A DNA stretch of 63,881 bases, the filler included, from Octopus bimaculoides (Eukaryota): assembly GCF_001194135.2 (NCBI RefSeq). It is 9 parts of 8 records of this genome, joined end to end, with 100 filler letters (N's around TTAATTAATTAA, not from the genome) between each part and the next. Parts side by side here need not be neighbours in the genome. Positions count along the whole stretch, not along the records: positions 34,868 to 43,090 come from NC_068988.1; positions 43,191 to 44,945 come from NC_068982.1; positions 45,046 to 51,242 come from NC_069003.1; positions 51,343 to 62,434 come from NC_068998.1; 5 more parts are not named here. The stretch is one strand, 5' to 3'. This document shows, piece by piece, positions 39,725 through 51,659 of this stretch. The notes below the pieces were generated by a model. The model saw only the letters and a program-made list of their open reading frames with translations. It had not been told where the DNA came from and did not search any database. The first letter of the stretch is position 1. Each line of letters starts with the position of its first letter. A program made the position numbers and the translations under genes.

Positions 39725-40790
39725 CAGTAGTCATTTTTGTCACGTGCTTTCACTGCATTACCGAGCACAGCTCTGTGTGCCTTGGGTATGTGCTGTGGTT
39801 TGTTGTGGTACTCTTATTTTTACTGTATTGAAAGAGTTTTATGTAGGATGTGTGCGGTGCTTAGTAGTGCTATTTTCTGTATGTTATATATATACTTGTC
39901 AGTCCTAGTGATTTTGTTATGTATTTGTCTGAATATTTTTTATCATACCTATTACACCTACTATGATAGGAATTGTTTCTGTTTTTAGGCTCAACATTCG
40001 AGTTACCTCTTTTCCAGATCTTTGTATTGTGAAAGTTTCTCCGTTTCTTTTAGAGAAACGTTATCATCTTTTGGTATTGATACATCGATTAGAAAGTATT
40101 CTATTCTTCGTGATCTCTAACAACTGTATTGAGCCTATTGGCCTTAATTTCTCTATCTGTGTGTATTGGCACATCCCACATAGGTTTGCTTTCTCATTTT
40201 CTGTGACCTTTTCTTGCGTGTGCCTATACTATCTTTTTCTTGTTGTTATTCCATAGTGTTAGCATAGTTTCCAGTATATATAGGTCCCAAGTCTGTCGTG
40301 TTTGTGAATATATTCCTTCTTAGCCAGGACTGAGCAGCCAGAGACAATATGATTTATTGTTTCTCCTCCATCACCTCACATTCTGCAGTTACTTGTATTT
40401 ATTTTCATTGTGTCTTTTGGGGGATTTCTGTTGGGAAGTTTTTGATCTTATGCTGCAGGTAAAAATCCTTCAGTTTCTGCTTTGAGTCCTGAAATTCTTA
40501 GCCATTGTTGGAATTTTGCTTTGTCTCTTTCTTTTCTGTTTGGCTTATCCCAATATTTGCCATGAAGGGGCTTTTCTTGCCATTGATTTATCATATGTTG
40601 CTGTTCCAGGTTTAGCTTGGATTTCAGTTGTTTTACAGCTTTTTTTTATTTCTTCTTTTTCTTCATAGTTGTTAAGTACTATGAGATTTTTTTTAATTTA
40701 TCAGCTTCCTTAAAGCCAGAAAACAGTCTTTATTTTAGTTCATGTTTTGTAGCTATTTGTATTAGTCTTTCTTGCTTCTGAAATAGGACT
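39722..40790 (-). mobile_element. R4/Dong-like LINE 3' portion (RLE endonuclease region, 3' UTR, (AAC)/(AAT)n tail)
   Basis: The reverse strand carries the same 3' UTR as 43191-43385 and the CxxC/RPD-type restriction-like endonuclease region. Confidence 0.85.
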
Positions 40791-40794
40791 GGCC

Positions 40795-41250
40795 GGCCAG
40801 TCCTGGCTAAAAAGGAATATATTCACAGATACGACAGAGTTGGGACCTATATACACAGGAAGCTATTCCAACACAATAGAATGACAACAGAAAAAAGATG
40901 GTATAGGCACACCCCAGAACAGGTCTCTGAAAATGACAAAGCGACCATATTCTGAGATATGCCTATATAAACAGATAGAGAGATCACGGATGAAGACCGG
41001 ATGTAGTTGTCAGAGATCAACTAAACAATGCCTTCTAATCGGCGTATAAATCCCAACAGATGACAATATATCTTTAAAAGAAACGAGACAATCTCAAAAT
41101 ACAAAGAACTGGAAATAGAGATAGCCTGGATGTGGAGCCTAGACACAGAAATAATGCCTATAATAATAGGTGAATTAGGTATGATTAAAAACATTCAGAC
41201 AAATACATAACAAAAACTCCAGGACTTATTTAAATATATAACAAATATAT
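40795..41250 (+). mobile_element. R4/Dong-like LINE RLE fragment, back-to-back with the previous copy
   Basis: PVLAKKEYIHRYDRVGTYIHRKL...WYRHTPEQVSENDKATIF*DMPI...SKYKELEIEIAWMW...PIIIGELGMIK. Confidence 0.85.
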
Positions 41251-41945
41251 ATATAGAAGGTTTAGATTTAGATTCAAGATTGAATATGGTACTAATGTTT
41301 AGGCACCAGAATATCGTATGGTATGGTATTATACAAAAACCATTCCAAAAGGATAGGTGGTCAAAAAATCAAAATAAGCAACACGGATTTCAAAGATGAT
41401 TGCAGTACGCACGTTTCATGCTACTCCATTTATTTAAGTAATGCGAGCATTACATTAAATGCAATATGAAGAGCAATCTTCAGCTGCACGAAAATGCAGA
41501 AAATTACAGTAGAATAGACATATTATAATTGTGGCAGCATTTCAAATCCAAGTGGGAGAAAGAATACATAAAAATCCAAGTGGGAGGAAGAATACATGAA
41601 TCCGTCTTGACATAGCCGAGTCTATCAGGCTAGTAATTGATTCTAGACAAAAGTTCTGTCTCTGATTTTTTTTGTCTCTTATCTAGTGGTGATAGCATAA
41701 GGGACAATTACTTCTAAGGAAAGGGAAGGTGTAAGCAGTATGCATGGACATGGCTATAAAAGTATTAGATTATAAAGGTTTCCCTGGTCAGAGTGGTACC
41801 AGGTCATTTTACTACTATCAAAATGTTGAGGAATTAAAACCCTAGGTATATGGGTCAAATAGGTTATTTTCCTTTAGTCTGAATAGAGTATCAGTATAGT
41901 TATACAGATAACAATAGTTATACAGATAACAATAGTTATACAGAT

Positions 41946-42044
41946 AACCACAGCACACACCCAAGGCCTACAGAGCTGCGCTCGGTAGTGCAGTGAAACC
42001 GCGTGTAAAAATAAGACTACTGGATAATAATAATAATAATAATA

Positions 42045-42097
<53 letters not shown>

Positions 42098-42115
42098 CAT
42101 TATTATTATTATTAT
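41946..42115 (+). mobile_element. R4/Dong 3' UTR stub with (AAT)n tail, preceded by an 18-bp tandem triplication
   Basis: aaccacagcacacacccaaggcctacagagctgcgctcggtagtgcagtgaaa...actactgg(ata)n; tagttatacagataacaa occurs about three times just upstream. Confidence 0.8.
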
Positions 42116-42117
42116 TG

Positions 42118-42400
42118 AATCGTTTATTGGCCACAGAGGCTTACATAAAATTACATTAAGAGACATACAACATAAAAGACAAAGACAGGACAATACAATG
42201 AGTTTTACAACGTGTAAACAATATAATAATTAAAATTAAACAATTTAAAACTCCCAATAGAGGAGGCACATTAAGGACCTCGTGAAAAAACCCACAAAAG
42301 TCACAGGTGCCTGAACAACAGGGTAAGAGCCCTTCTCCTTTTGTTTACAGGTGCACGCTCAGAATTGGTCCTTTCACACTAGCCATTCTTCCAACATTAA
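42118..42400 (-). mobile_element. Probable 3' end of a Tx1/L1-like LINE
   Basis: The reverse strand reads ...RMASVKGPILSVHL* followed by a T-rich UTR ending at caataaa. Confidence 0.5.
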
Positions 42401-42401
42401 T

Positions 42402-42912
42402 AAATGTCCTGATGCAGTACCAGGCAGTGGATCTCGGGGCTTCTGATCGTAACTGATTGGAAGTGTTATCATGTACACTGTTTTCTCTTCGTATAAAAGA
42501 TGGGCTACAGCAAATATTCTGCTCAATACCACAGATTTGCTTATCAGTTGCTTGACCTTAACCAATTGAGCATGTCTCTTAGTGGCTGATGATGTGTGCA
42601 TAGGGGCAGAAGTAGTTAGGGGGCATCATAGCTGAGAGGAATTCTGTGGGGTTTCAATAATTCACGACTGGAAACATCCTTAAACAACTCTTATTCAAGG
42701 ACCATTTGAGCGGGATGGGCTAGACCTGAAGAAACTTCTAACTAAGCACTACCTGCAAGGTCAAGTGTTGTTTATATTGATATAAGATCACCATGTCGCG
42801 CGATGCATGTGCCTGATGTACCCTTATCAGACGGGTAGTCATGATAGGTATACCATGCTTCGGATATTTTACCCCAGTGTCACTTTGATGGCATGCACTG
42901 CTCTCTCACTCA
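42402..42912 (+). mobile_element. Non-coding (AAT)n-tailed element, copy 1
   Basis: Colinear with 43817-44374; ends in ctctctcactc followed by (aat)n. Confidence 0.85.
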
Positions 42913-42936
42913 ATCATAATAATAATGATGATGACG

Positions 42937-43004
<68 letters not shown>

Positions 43005-43005
<1 letters not shown>

Positions 43006-43385
43006 TTCCAGGGAGACACGCTCTCTCCACTCCTGTTCTGCCTGGCACTCACACCTTTAACAGAATTGCTAAATAGAACTGGATGCGGTTNNNNNNNNNN
43101 NNNNNNNNNNNNNNNNNNNNNNNNNNNNNNNNNNTTAATTAATTAANNNNNNNNNNNNNNNNNNNNNNNNNNNNNNNNNNNNNNNNNNNNAAAACACCAG
43201 GACTTACAAATATATATAACATACAGAAAATTGCACTACTGGGCACTGCACACATTCTACGCAAAACACTTTCAATACAGTAAACATAAGAGCACCACAG
43301 CAAACCACAGCACATACCCAAGGCGCACAGAGCTGCGCTCGGTAGTGAAGTGAAAGCACGTTATAAAAATAAAACTACTGAATAA
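43005..43385 (+). mobile_element. 5'-truncated R4/Dong LINE within (AAT)n (interior lies in a gap)
   Basis: (AAT)n, then IFQGDTLSPLLFCLALTPL (RT motif QGD.LSP), a gap, then KTPGLTNIYNIQKIALLGTAHILRKTLSIQ*, 3' UTR and (AAT)n. Confidence 0.85.
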
Positions 43386-43435
43386 TAATAATAATAATAA
43401 TGATGATGATGATAAGAGCAATGATAATAATAATA

Positions 43436-43470
<35 letters not shown>

Positions 43471-43479
43471 GATAAAAGC

Positions 43480-43511
<32 letters not shown>

Positions 43512-43524
43512 TAATAATAATAAT

Positions 43525-43730
43525 ATTCAGACAAATACATTTAAAAAAAAAGGACATACAAGCATATATAACATACAGAAAATAGCACTACTAGGCACCA
43601 CACACATCCTACATAAAACACTTTCAATACAGTAACCAAAGTAGCATCATAGCAAACCACAGCACATACCTAAGGCACACAGAGCTCCGCTCGGTAGTGC
43701 AGTGAAAGCACGTTATAAAAATTAAGACTA

Positions 43731-43740
<10 letters not shown>
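43525..43740 (+). mobile_element. R4/Dong 3' end copy flanked by (AAT)n
   Basis: NIQKIALLGTTHILHKTLSIQ* plus the same 3' UTR. Confidence 0.85.
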
Positions 43741-43816
<76 letters not shown>

Positions 43817-43818
<2 letters not shown>

Positions 43819-44373
43819 GCCCAGATGCAGTACCAGGCAGTTGCTCTCATGGCTTCTGATCTTAAATGATTGTAAGTGCTATCATGTATGCTGTTTTGTC
43901 TTGGTATAAAAGATTGGCTACAGCAAATATCTTGGTTAATACCACAGATTTGCTTATCAGTTGTTTGACCATAACCAGTTGAGCATGTCCCTTAGTGGCT
44001 GATGATATGTGCATCTCTGATCACGAGCAGAAGTAGTGGGGGAGCATCATAGCCATGTGTTGAGAGGAGTTCTTTGGAGTTTGAATAATTCACCTTTGGA
44101 AACATGGGTGTTTTGCTCAACATCCTTAAACAAACCTTATTCAGGGACCTTTTGAGTGGGATGGGCTACGCGACCTGAAAAAAATTCTAACTGGGCCCCA
44201 CCTGCGAGGTCATGCGCTGTTTATCCTGACATGAGATCACCATGTCGTGCACATATGGTTGTGATGCATGTGCCTGGTGTACCCTTATCAGACGGGTAGT
44301 CATGATGGGTATATTTGGGCTTTGTATATTTTACCCCAGTGTCACTTTGATGGCATGCACAGCTCTCTCACTC

Positions 44374-44374
<1 letters not shown>
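43817..44374 (+). mobile_element. Non-coding ~560-bp (AAT)n-flanked element, copy 2
   Basis: (AAT)n lies immediately 5' and 3'; no recognisable ORF or tRNA head. Confidence 0.85.
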
Positions 44375-44430
<56 letters not shown>

Positions 44431-44914
44431 ATCAGAGTGACTCAGTATAGGACAATGAAGAACATTTGAATTATAGGCATCATACACCCAACAGGTTTCC
44501 ACCCTTTCCGTCTGCCCAATTGCACTCACAAGTCATGGGTCAACATACACTTGACCAAAAAGCTACGAAGAGTTATCGAACATGGATCTTATGACTGGCG
44601 AAGGTGAAATCGATGGTTTAAAGAATGATAAGATAAATCCAGATACCTAATATGAATAATATAGAATCGACTGGGAGAGATATTGAAGTTGGTATGATCG
44701 CCTAAAGCCTTTTTGGGTAATACTACAACATGAGAGGAGATTAGCTACAGAGACCAGTAAACTCAAGAGATGTGAGTGTGTATAAGTAGATGAATGTGTG
44801 TGTGTTTGTGTGAGTGAGTGAGTATGTAAATAGATTCAGAGACATGTAGAGGTCTATAAATACACATACGTAACTGCCCCACCCACATATACATATACTT
44901 CTACACACACACAC

Positions 44915-44945
<31 letters not shown>

Positions 44946-45214
44946 NNNNNNNNNNNNNNNNNNNNNNNNNNNNNNNNNNNNNNNNNNNNTTAATTAATTA
45001 ANNNNNNNNNNNNNNNNNNNNNNNNNNNNNNNNNNNNNNNNNNNNCATTGCTACCGCTACCACCAACACAACCAACAAAAGCAACAACAACAGCTACAGC
45101 AATAACAACCCATGCTACAACAAACTAACGAAGAGACCTGTACATAGTCTCTACTTGTGCTAGAAATAGCAGCCAAATTACTCTTAAAATTGAACCTACT
45201 CTGAATTTTGTTTC

Positions 45215-45266
<52 letters not shown>

Positions 45267-45274
45267 TTAATAAT

Positions 45275-45468
45275 GGTTTCAGACTTTGGCCCAATCGCAA
45301 CAATCTGATGGAAGGAAATGAGTCGTTTACATCGAATCCAGAGTTCAACTGGTATTTTAATTTATTGACCCCGAAAGGACGAACGGCAGAGTCGACCACG
45401 GCGGAATTTGAACCCAGAACATAACATAGCGGCGGGCGAAATAATGCTAAGCATTTCGCCCGGCGTGC

Positions 45469-45470
<2 letters not shown>
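45275..45470 (-). mobile_element. OR-like SINE
   Basis: ttattgaccccgaaaggacgaacggcagagtcgaccacggcggaatttgaacccagaac; a further decayed copy lies at about 45545-45690. Confidence 0.8.
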
Positions 45471-45526
<56 letters not shown>

Positions 45527-46113
45527 GTGGTTTAAGATATTGAGGCCAGCAATTGAAGCGATCGTGAATGCTGGAAAGGCAAAGTCCACCTCAGGGGAAT
45601 CTGAGCTATGTACGTGATGACGGACGACATGCTTCTAAGCAATTTTGTCCGGGATGCGCCAAGGACTGTACCGGCTCATCGCCTTCAAGAAAACAATAAT
45701 ACACAGGGTAAGGTAGTCGCTGGGTTTTGGGTATATAGGAATCGGACAGAATGGGCATGGCTAGAGTGTCTTATTTTGTTCGAATGTTTTACGTGAACAG
45801 AACTGACTAAAAGGGAAAATAGGGGGTCTTTACTACTACTACTACTACTACCGTCCTGTTGTTCCCTGGGAAGGGGTGTGAAATGTCTTGTTGGTGAGTG
45901 TCTGTATCGGAAGCGAACCTTTCCACGATTTCTGAGGGAGTCAAGACTAGGAATTCTTACCGCCTTTCTCACTCCATTCGCTTTCGGATTTAGATAATCC
46001 CTTCTCTTATCCCATTTTGACTTCGATTTCCACCCACCACCGCCACCCTCCCAGTGGCACCACCCAATATTCTACGTTCCCGACATTAAAAATCCACCAC
46101 CGTTCCTTACTTC

Positions 46114-46128
46114 CCGGCAGATGGCACT
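46114..46128 (+). promoter_or_regulatory. CTCF-like motif
   Basis: CCGGCAGATGGCACT fits the CC-x-S-Y-AG-R-K-GGC-R-S core; sequence match only. Confidence 0.3.
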
Positions 46129-46224
46129 ACTGTCTGGCTCAGCTATTTGCCATTTAGTCACACTCACGCGTCTTGTTGTTGTTGCTGCTTGATGGTGGAG
46201 GTGGTGGTGGTGGTGGCGATCTAT

Positions 46225-46282
46225 TTCTTCTTCTTCTTCTTCTTCTTCTTCTTCTTCTTCTTCTTCTTCTTCTTCTTCCACT

Positions 46283-46359
<77 letters not shown>

Positions 46360-46392
46360 TTCTTCTTCTTCTTCTTCTTCTTTTTCTTCTTC
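46225..46392. repeat. (TTC)n microsatellite
   Basis: Direct reading. Confidence 0.95.
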
Positions 46393-46417
46393 TTATTCGC
46401 CGTCGTCATCGTCGTCG

Positions 46418-46472
<55 letters not shown>

Positions 46473-46487
46473 GTCTGTCTGTCTGTC

Positions 46488-46527
<40 letters not shown>

Positions 46528-46739
46528 TNNNNNNNNNNNNNNNNNNNNNNNNNNNNNNNNNNNNNNNNNNNNNNNNNNNNNNNNNNNNNNNNNNNNNNNN
46601 NNNNNNNNNNNNNNNNNNNNNNNNNNNNNNNNNNNNNNNNNNNNNNNNNNNNNNNNNNNNNNNNNNNNNNNNNNNNNNNNNNNNNNNNNNNNNNNNNNNN
46701 NNNNNNNNNNNNNNNNNNNNNNNNNNNNNNNNNNNNNNN

Positions 46740-46783
<44 letters not shown>

Positions 46784-47129
46784 TAACTTTCTATTTTTCT
46801 ATCTCTCTATCCATCCATCTAACTGTGCATCTATAAATCTATCTATCTATCTATCTGACTATTTATGTATGTTTGTATGTATGCACATGTGTGTGTGTGT
46901 GTGCGTGTGCGGACGCGCGTGCGTCTGAGGGTGTGTGAATGCATTTATGCCTATGCGTATGCGCCTGACCACCCGTCTGTCTATCTATCCATCTATTCAT
47001 CAATGTATCTATATGTCTGTCTGTCTGTTTGTCTGTCAAATCTCTCGCAGACTTGCACCAAAGGAATCCACGACTACTACCGTCTCTGCTCCTGCGACGG
47101 CACCGCGTTCTGCTGGCTTTTAAACCGAA

Positions 47130-47130
47130 A

Positions 47131-47162
<32 letters not shown>

Positions 47163-47892
47163 CTCCCTCCCACCACTCACTCTCTCTTACTGCCATCTCT
47201 TACTCTCTCTCTCTCTCTCTCACACACACTACCACCTCTTACTCTCTCACTCTCTCTCTCTCTCTCTCTCACTACCACCTCTTACTCTTTCTCTCTCTCT
47301 CACACCTCTTACTCTCTCCTTCTGTGTCTCTCTCCCTTTCTCTGTCTCACTCCCTTTCTCTGTCTCTCTCTCTTTCTCTTACTCTCTCTCTCTCTCTCTC
47401 ACACACTACCACCTCTTACTCTCTCTCACTCTCTCTCTCTCTCTCACTACCACCTCTTACTCTTTCTCTCTCTCTCACACACTACCACCTCTTACTCTCT
47501 CCTTCTGTGTCTCTCTCCCTTTCTCTGTCTCACTCCCTTTCTATGTCTCTCTCTCTTTCTCTTACTCTCTCTCTCTCTCTCTCACACTACCACCTCTTAC
47601 TCTTTCTCTCTCTCTCTCTCTCACAGCTATCTCTTACTCTTTCTCTTTCTTACTGCCATCTCTTAAATCTTTCTCTTTCTTTCTCTCACTACCATCGCTT
47701 ACTCTTTCTCTCTCTCTCTCTCACTCCCACTTCTCTTACTCTCTCCCTCTCTCTCTCTCTCTCACGTCTCTCTCTCTCACACACATGCAAACGTCACATT
47801 CTCTCTTTTCTCTCACTCTCCACTCGCATCTCTCTGTCTAACTCCATCTTTCTCTCTCTCTCTTTCTCTCTTTCTCTCTTTCTCTCTCTCTC
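47130..47892. repeat. Higher-order (CT)n satellite with repeated actaccacctcttact units and a duplicated block
   Basis: The ccttctgtgtctctctccctttctctgtctcactccc block occurs at about 47319 and 47501. Confidence 0.85.
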
Positions 47893-48501
47893 AAGTTACC
47901 ATAACGACAAAAAGAAACAACAGCAGCAACAGCAGCAACAGCAGTAGTAGTAGTAGCAGTAGCAACAGCAGCAGCACCGACAACAGCAGCACCCGATGTC
48001 GAGTAATCAGCAGCAGCCGACACTTGCAGGAGCAACAGCAGCAGCGCCACCAGCAGCGGCAATAACATAATACTAGAGCAGCATCAGCAGCAGCTATCGT
48101 AGCAGCAGCAGCAGTCGCAGCAGCAGTAGCTGCTGCAATAGGCAGCTTGTGTGTCGGTGGCAGCTGCAAAACCACCAGAGTTGCCCTAAACAAAAAAAAC
48201 AACAACAACAAAAAGGAAAGAAAGGAGGAAAAAAGAGAGAGAGAGAGAGAGAAAGAAAAAGAAAGAGAAAAGTAGAAGAAAAAAACCAAAACAAAACAAG
48301 ACCCGTCGACGTCGATCTTTCCGTTGCGTTTTCGCTGTGTTTTTTCTCCGGCAACGTGGTTTTTGGACAGCGTTAGCAGAATTGGTAAAGGCGAGTCAGA
48401 AGAAGAAGAAGAAGAACGAGAAAGAGAAGGAGAAAGAGAAGGAGAAGGAGAAGGAGAAGAAGAAGGAGTGCTACACGAACGAACAAGACGACCACCACTA
48501 A

Positions 48502-48534
<33 letters not shown>

Positions 48535-48661
48535 GGCTATCGCTGTTTCTGTTATTCCTATTACAACCGTCACCGCGCGAACGAACATAACACACGACCA
48601 GCCAGACTAACCAGCCAACAAGCCAACAGCATCGCCAGAATCAACAGCATTATCAACAACA

Positions 48662-48697
<36 letters not shown>

Positions 48698-49486
48698 GTT
48701 ACTACTACTACTACTATTATTACAGCGGGAACAACCCAGTTTAGGAAATGCTATAGGAATAACTGTAACAAGAACGACAACAACAACAACAACAACAACA
48801 ACAGGAAGAGTAATTGCAGCGGCGGCGGAGGAGGTGGCGGCAGCGGCGGCGACGTGACGGCGGTGACAGNNNNNNNNNNNNNNNNNNNNNNNNNNNNNNN
48901 NNNNNNNNNNNNNNNNNNNNNNNNNNNNNNNNNNNNNNNNNNNNNNNNNNNNNNNNNNNNNNNNNNNNNNNNNNNNNNNNNNNNNNNNNNNNNNNNNNNN
49001 NNNNNNNNNNNNNNNNNNNNNNNNNNNNNNNNNNNNNNNNNNNNNNNNNNNNNNNNNNNNNNNNNNNNNNNNNNNNNNNNNNNNNNNNNNNNNNNNNNNN
49101 NNNNNNNNNNNNNNNNNNNNNNNNNNNNNNNNNNNNNNNNNNNNNNNNNNNNNNNNNNNNNNNNNNNNNNNNNNNNNNNNNNNNNNNNNNNNNNNNNNNN
49201 NNNNNNNNNNNNNNNNNNNNNNNNNNNNNNNNNNNNNNNNNNNNNNNNNNNNNNNNNNNNNNNNNNNNNNNNNNNNNNNNNNNNNNNNAAGACCCTCTGA
49301 TTTGCTTTCATCTGCCGGTTGGACTGGCAACGGATTTGTGTTTTTTTACGGTGGTGTGGTCTGACATGATATGATATGTTGTTCGAATTATATATGGTGT
49401 AGGGCGGCGTGTTGGCCAGTTAGGGTCTGGCAGGGTAAAGTTTTTTAATTTTTTTTTTTTTTTTTTTTTGGAAAATCTCACCCAAC

Positions 49487-50665
49487 ATGATCATAGCCAC
49501 AACGCTGTCGGTGAAGAATTACTTTTGGTTTCTCGTGCTAGCCATCACTATCAATGTGGTTGGTCTGTTGATGGCTTATATCTATGCAGTCTACGATGCA
49601 AAGACCTATCGAACGAAAAGTGCCTTTTTCAACGGTCACCCAGCCGCTGCCTCCGCTGCAGCCGTCGCTGCCTCTGCTGTTTATTCTGATGCTCCGGAGC
49701 CATCCCTTTTCGGAATATACAACCCGGCCGAAAAAATAGCCCAGGTAGTTCGTTCTGTGATGAACTTTCGCTCAGCCGGATCATCATCATCGTCGTCCTC
49801 ATCGGGTGACGATAATATTGACGGTAGCGACAAGTCAGAAGACCTCTACGATTTCCGAAACGCCACATATAGGAACACTTATGTGACAATCAACGGCCCC
49901 GGCCGCTTAGGCAACAAAATGTTCCAATACGCGGCCCTCTTGGCCGTTTCTCGTCATTACGGCTACAGACCTTTCGTGCCGTCAAACAACGTATTAACCG
50001 AAGTGTTTAAAGTCCGCCACGATACGTTGGTCGACATTAGCAACGACGATCGCTTCGGCGAACACAAACCGGGTGAGTTTGATACAAGTTTGTTCGAGAA
50101 ACTGTCTGCGGATAAAAACTGGACTTTAACAGGCTATTATCAGTCTTGGAAATATTTTACAAACATAACGAAGATCGTTAAAAGGGAGTTTACATTTAGG
50201 GACGAAATACTGAAGGAAGCTTTCAAAGTACTTAAAAAATTTGGACTTGGTAAAAAGACGTTAATTGGAGTACACATCCGGCGAGGCGATATGCTTGCGC
50301 AAAAGCTACGTGGTTACAATGTAGCCGATGAACATTATGTGAACAAAGCGTTGAATTTCTACCGAAAAACCGTACCTAGCCCTGTTTTTCTTATCAGCAG
50401 TGACGATATGAACTGGTCACGGAATTTCATACAAGAATCCTACGATGTGAACTTCGTGGGCGGAAATAGTCTCGGCGTGGATTTAGCAATACTAGCTAAC
50501 TGTCAACACAGTGTGATCACGTCCGGGTCGTACGGATGGTGGGCAGCGTGGTTAGCAGGTGGAGACACCGTATATTTTAGCAATTACCCACGCCGAAACT
50601 CATGGTTGAGTTCGGTTTACAATAGAAACGATTATTACCCTGAATGGTGGATAGGCATGGAATGA
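49487..50665 (+). CDS. Alpha-1,2-fucosyltransferase (glycosyltransferase family 11, FUT1/FUT2-like), type II membrane protein, 392 aa
   Basis: Uninterrupted ORF with an N-terminal hydrophobic anchor (YFWFLVLAITINVVGLLMAYIYAVY) and an Ala/Ser-rich stem. GT11 motifs: GRLGNKMFQYA, GYYQSWKYF, GVHIRRGD, SDDMNW, DLAILANCQHSVITSGSYGWWAAWLAGG. Sequons: NAT, NWT, NIT, NWS. The start is slightly uncertain because the poly-T tract at about 49441-49469 plus AG at 49495-49496 could be an acceptor. Confidence 0.93.
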   Translation: MIIATTLSVKNYFWFLVLAITINVVGLLMAYIYAVYDAKTYRTKSAFFNGHPAAASAAAVAASAVYSDAPEPSLFGIYNPAEKIAQVVRSVMNFRSAGSSSSSSSSGDDNIDGSDKSEDLYDFRNATYRNTYVTINGPGRLGNKMFQYAALLAVSRHYGYRPFVPSNNVLTEVFKVRHDTLVDISNDDRFGEHKPGEFDTSLFEKLSADKNWTLTGYYQSWKYFTNITKIVKREFTFRDEILKEAFKVLKKFGLGKKTLIGVHIRRGDMLAQKLRGYNVADEHYVNKALNFYRKTVPSPVFLISSDDMNWSRNFIQESYDVNFVGGNSLGVDLAILANCQHSVITSGSYGWWAAWLAGGDTVYFSNYPRRNSWLSSVYNRNDYYPEWWIGME

Positions 50666-50995
50666 GGAAAACATGGTGGATAACAACAACAATTATATAT
50701 ATGAAAAAGTAAGATATATAAATATATATATATACATACATGACACACACAGGCATTCATGACCATATTAACACACATATGTCTGTAAATATACATGCAT
50801 GCTTACATATACGTTTATACATACATATATTAATACACACCCACATGTAAGTACGTAACATACATATATATCTATATATATTTATATATAGAGATATATG
50901 TATATACATACATACATGTACATAAACATAGACGTATAAATACGTTATACACACGTACAAAAGGGTGGCCACTTAAACAATATTTACAATTCTCC

Positions 50996-51034
<39 letters not shown>

Positions 51035-51342
51035 GTTACTAGTCATTCTTATAGTAATAATTCTAATAATAATGATAATAATAACGCCTAGTAGTTCACA
51101 ATCAAATCTTCTCTGTTTGCCTGTCAGTCTATCTATCAATCTATCTATGCATACATACATACATATATGTGTGTTTTTGTGTGTGCGCGTATGTGGTGTG
51201 TGTGTATATACGTACACACATATATATATATATATATATATANNNNNNNNNNNNNNNNNNNNNNNNNNNNNNNNNNNNNNNNNNNNTTAATTAATTAANN
51301 NNNNNNNNNNNNNNNNNNNNNNNNNNNNNNNNNNNNNNNNNN

Positions 51343-51425
<83 letters not shown>

Positions 51426-51659
51426 ATGTATGTATGTATATGTTTTGTCGATGCCTCCAGGCGAAGAAGTAGGATCTCCCAAGACATATAAATAGAGGTA
51501 GTCTGGCCTTGGTAGGAGTGTTGAGTAGCAGTCGAGTTGCAGTTGTGTAGCGGTTGAGTAGAGATCATCCGTAGGTGCTAGATAGCAGTAGCTTGAGACA
51601 TAACAGTACACACACACACACATATATATATATTTGTGTGTATACGTGCAAAGTAGAGT

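Noticed and set aside
45608-45712. Apparent exon ending in a cagg|gtaagg donor
   Set aside because: The sequence is a decayed reverse-strand SINE.
46865-47947. 270-360 aa Leu/Ser-rich ORFs
   Set aside because: Translations of a (CT)n higher-order satellite.
8813-49374. Long ORFs of 180-500 aa composed mainly of X
   Set aside because: They are open only because they run through N gaps.
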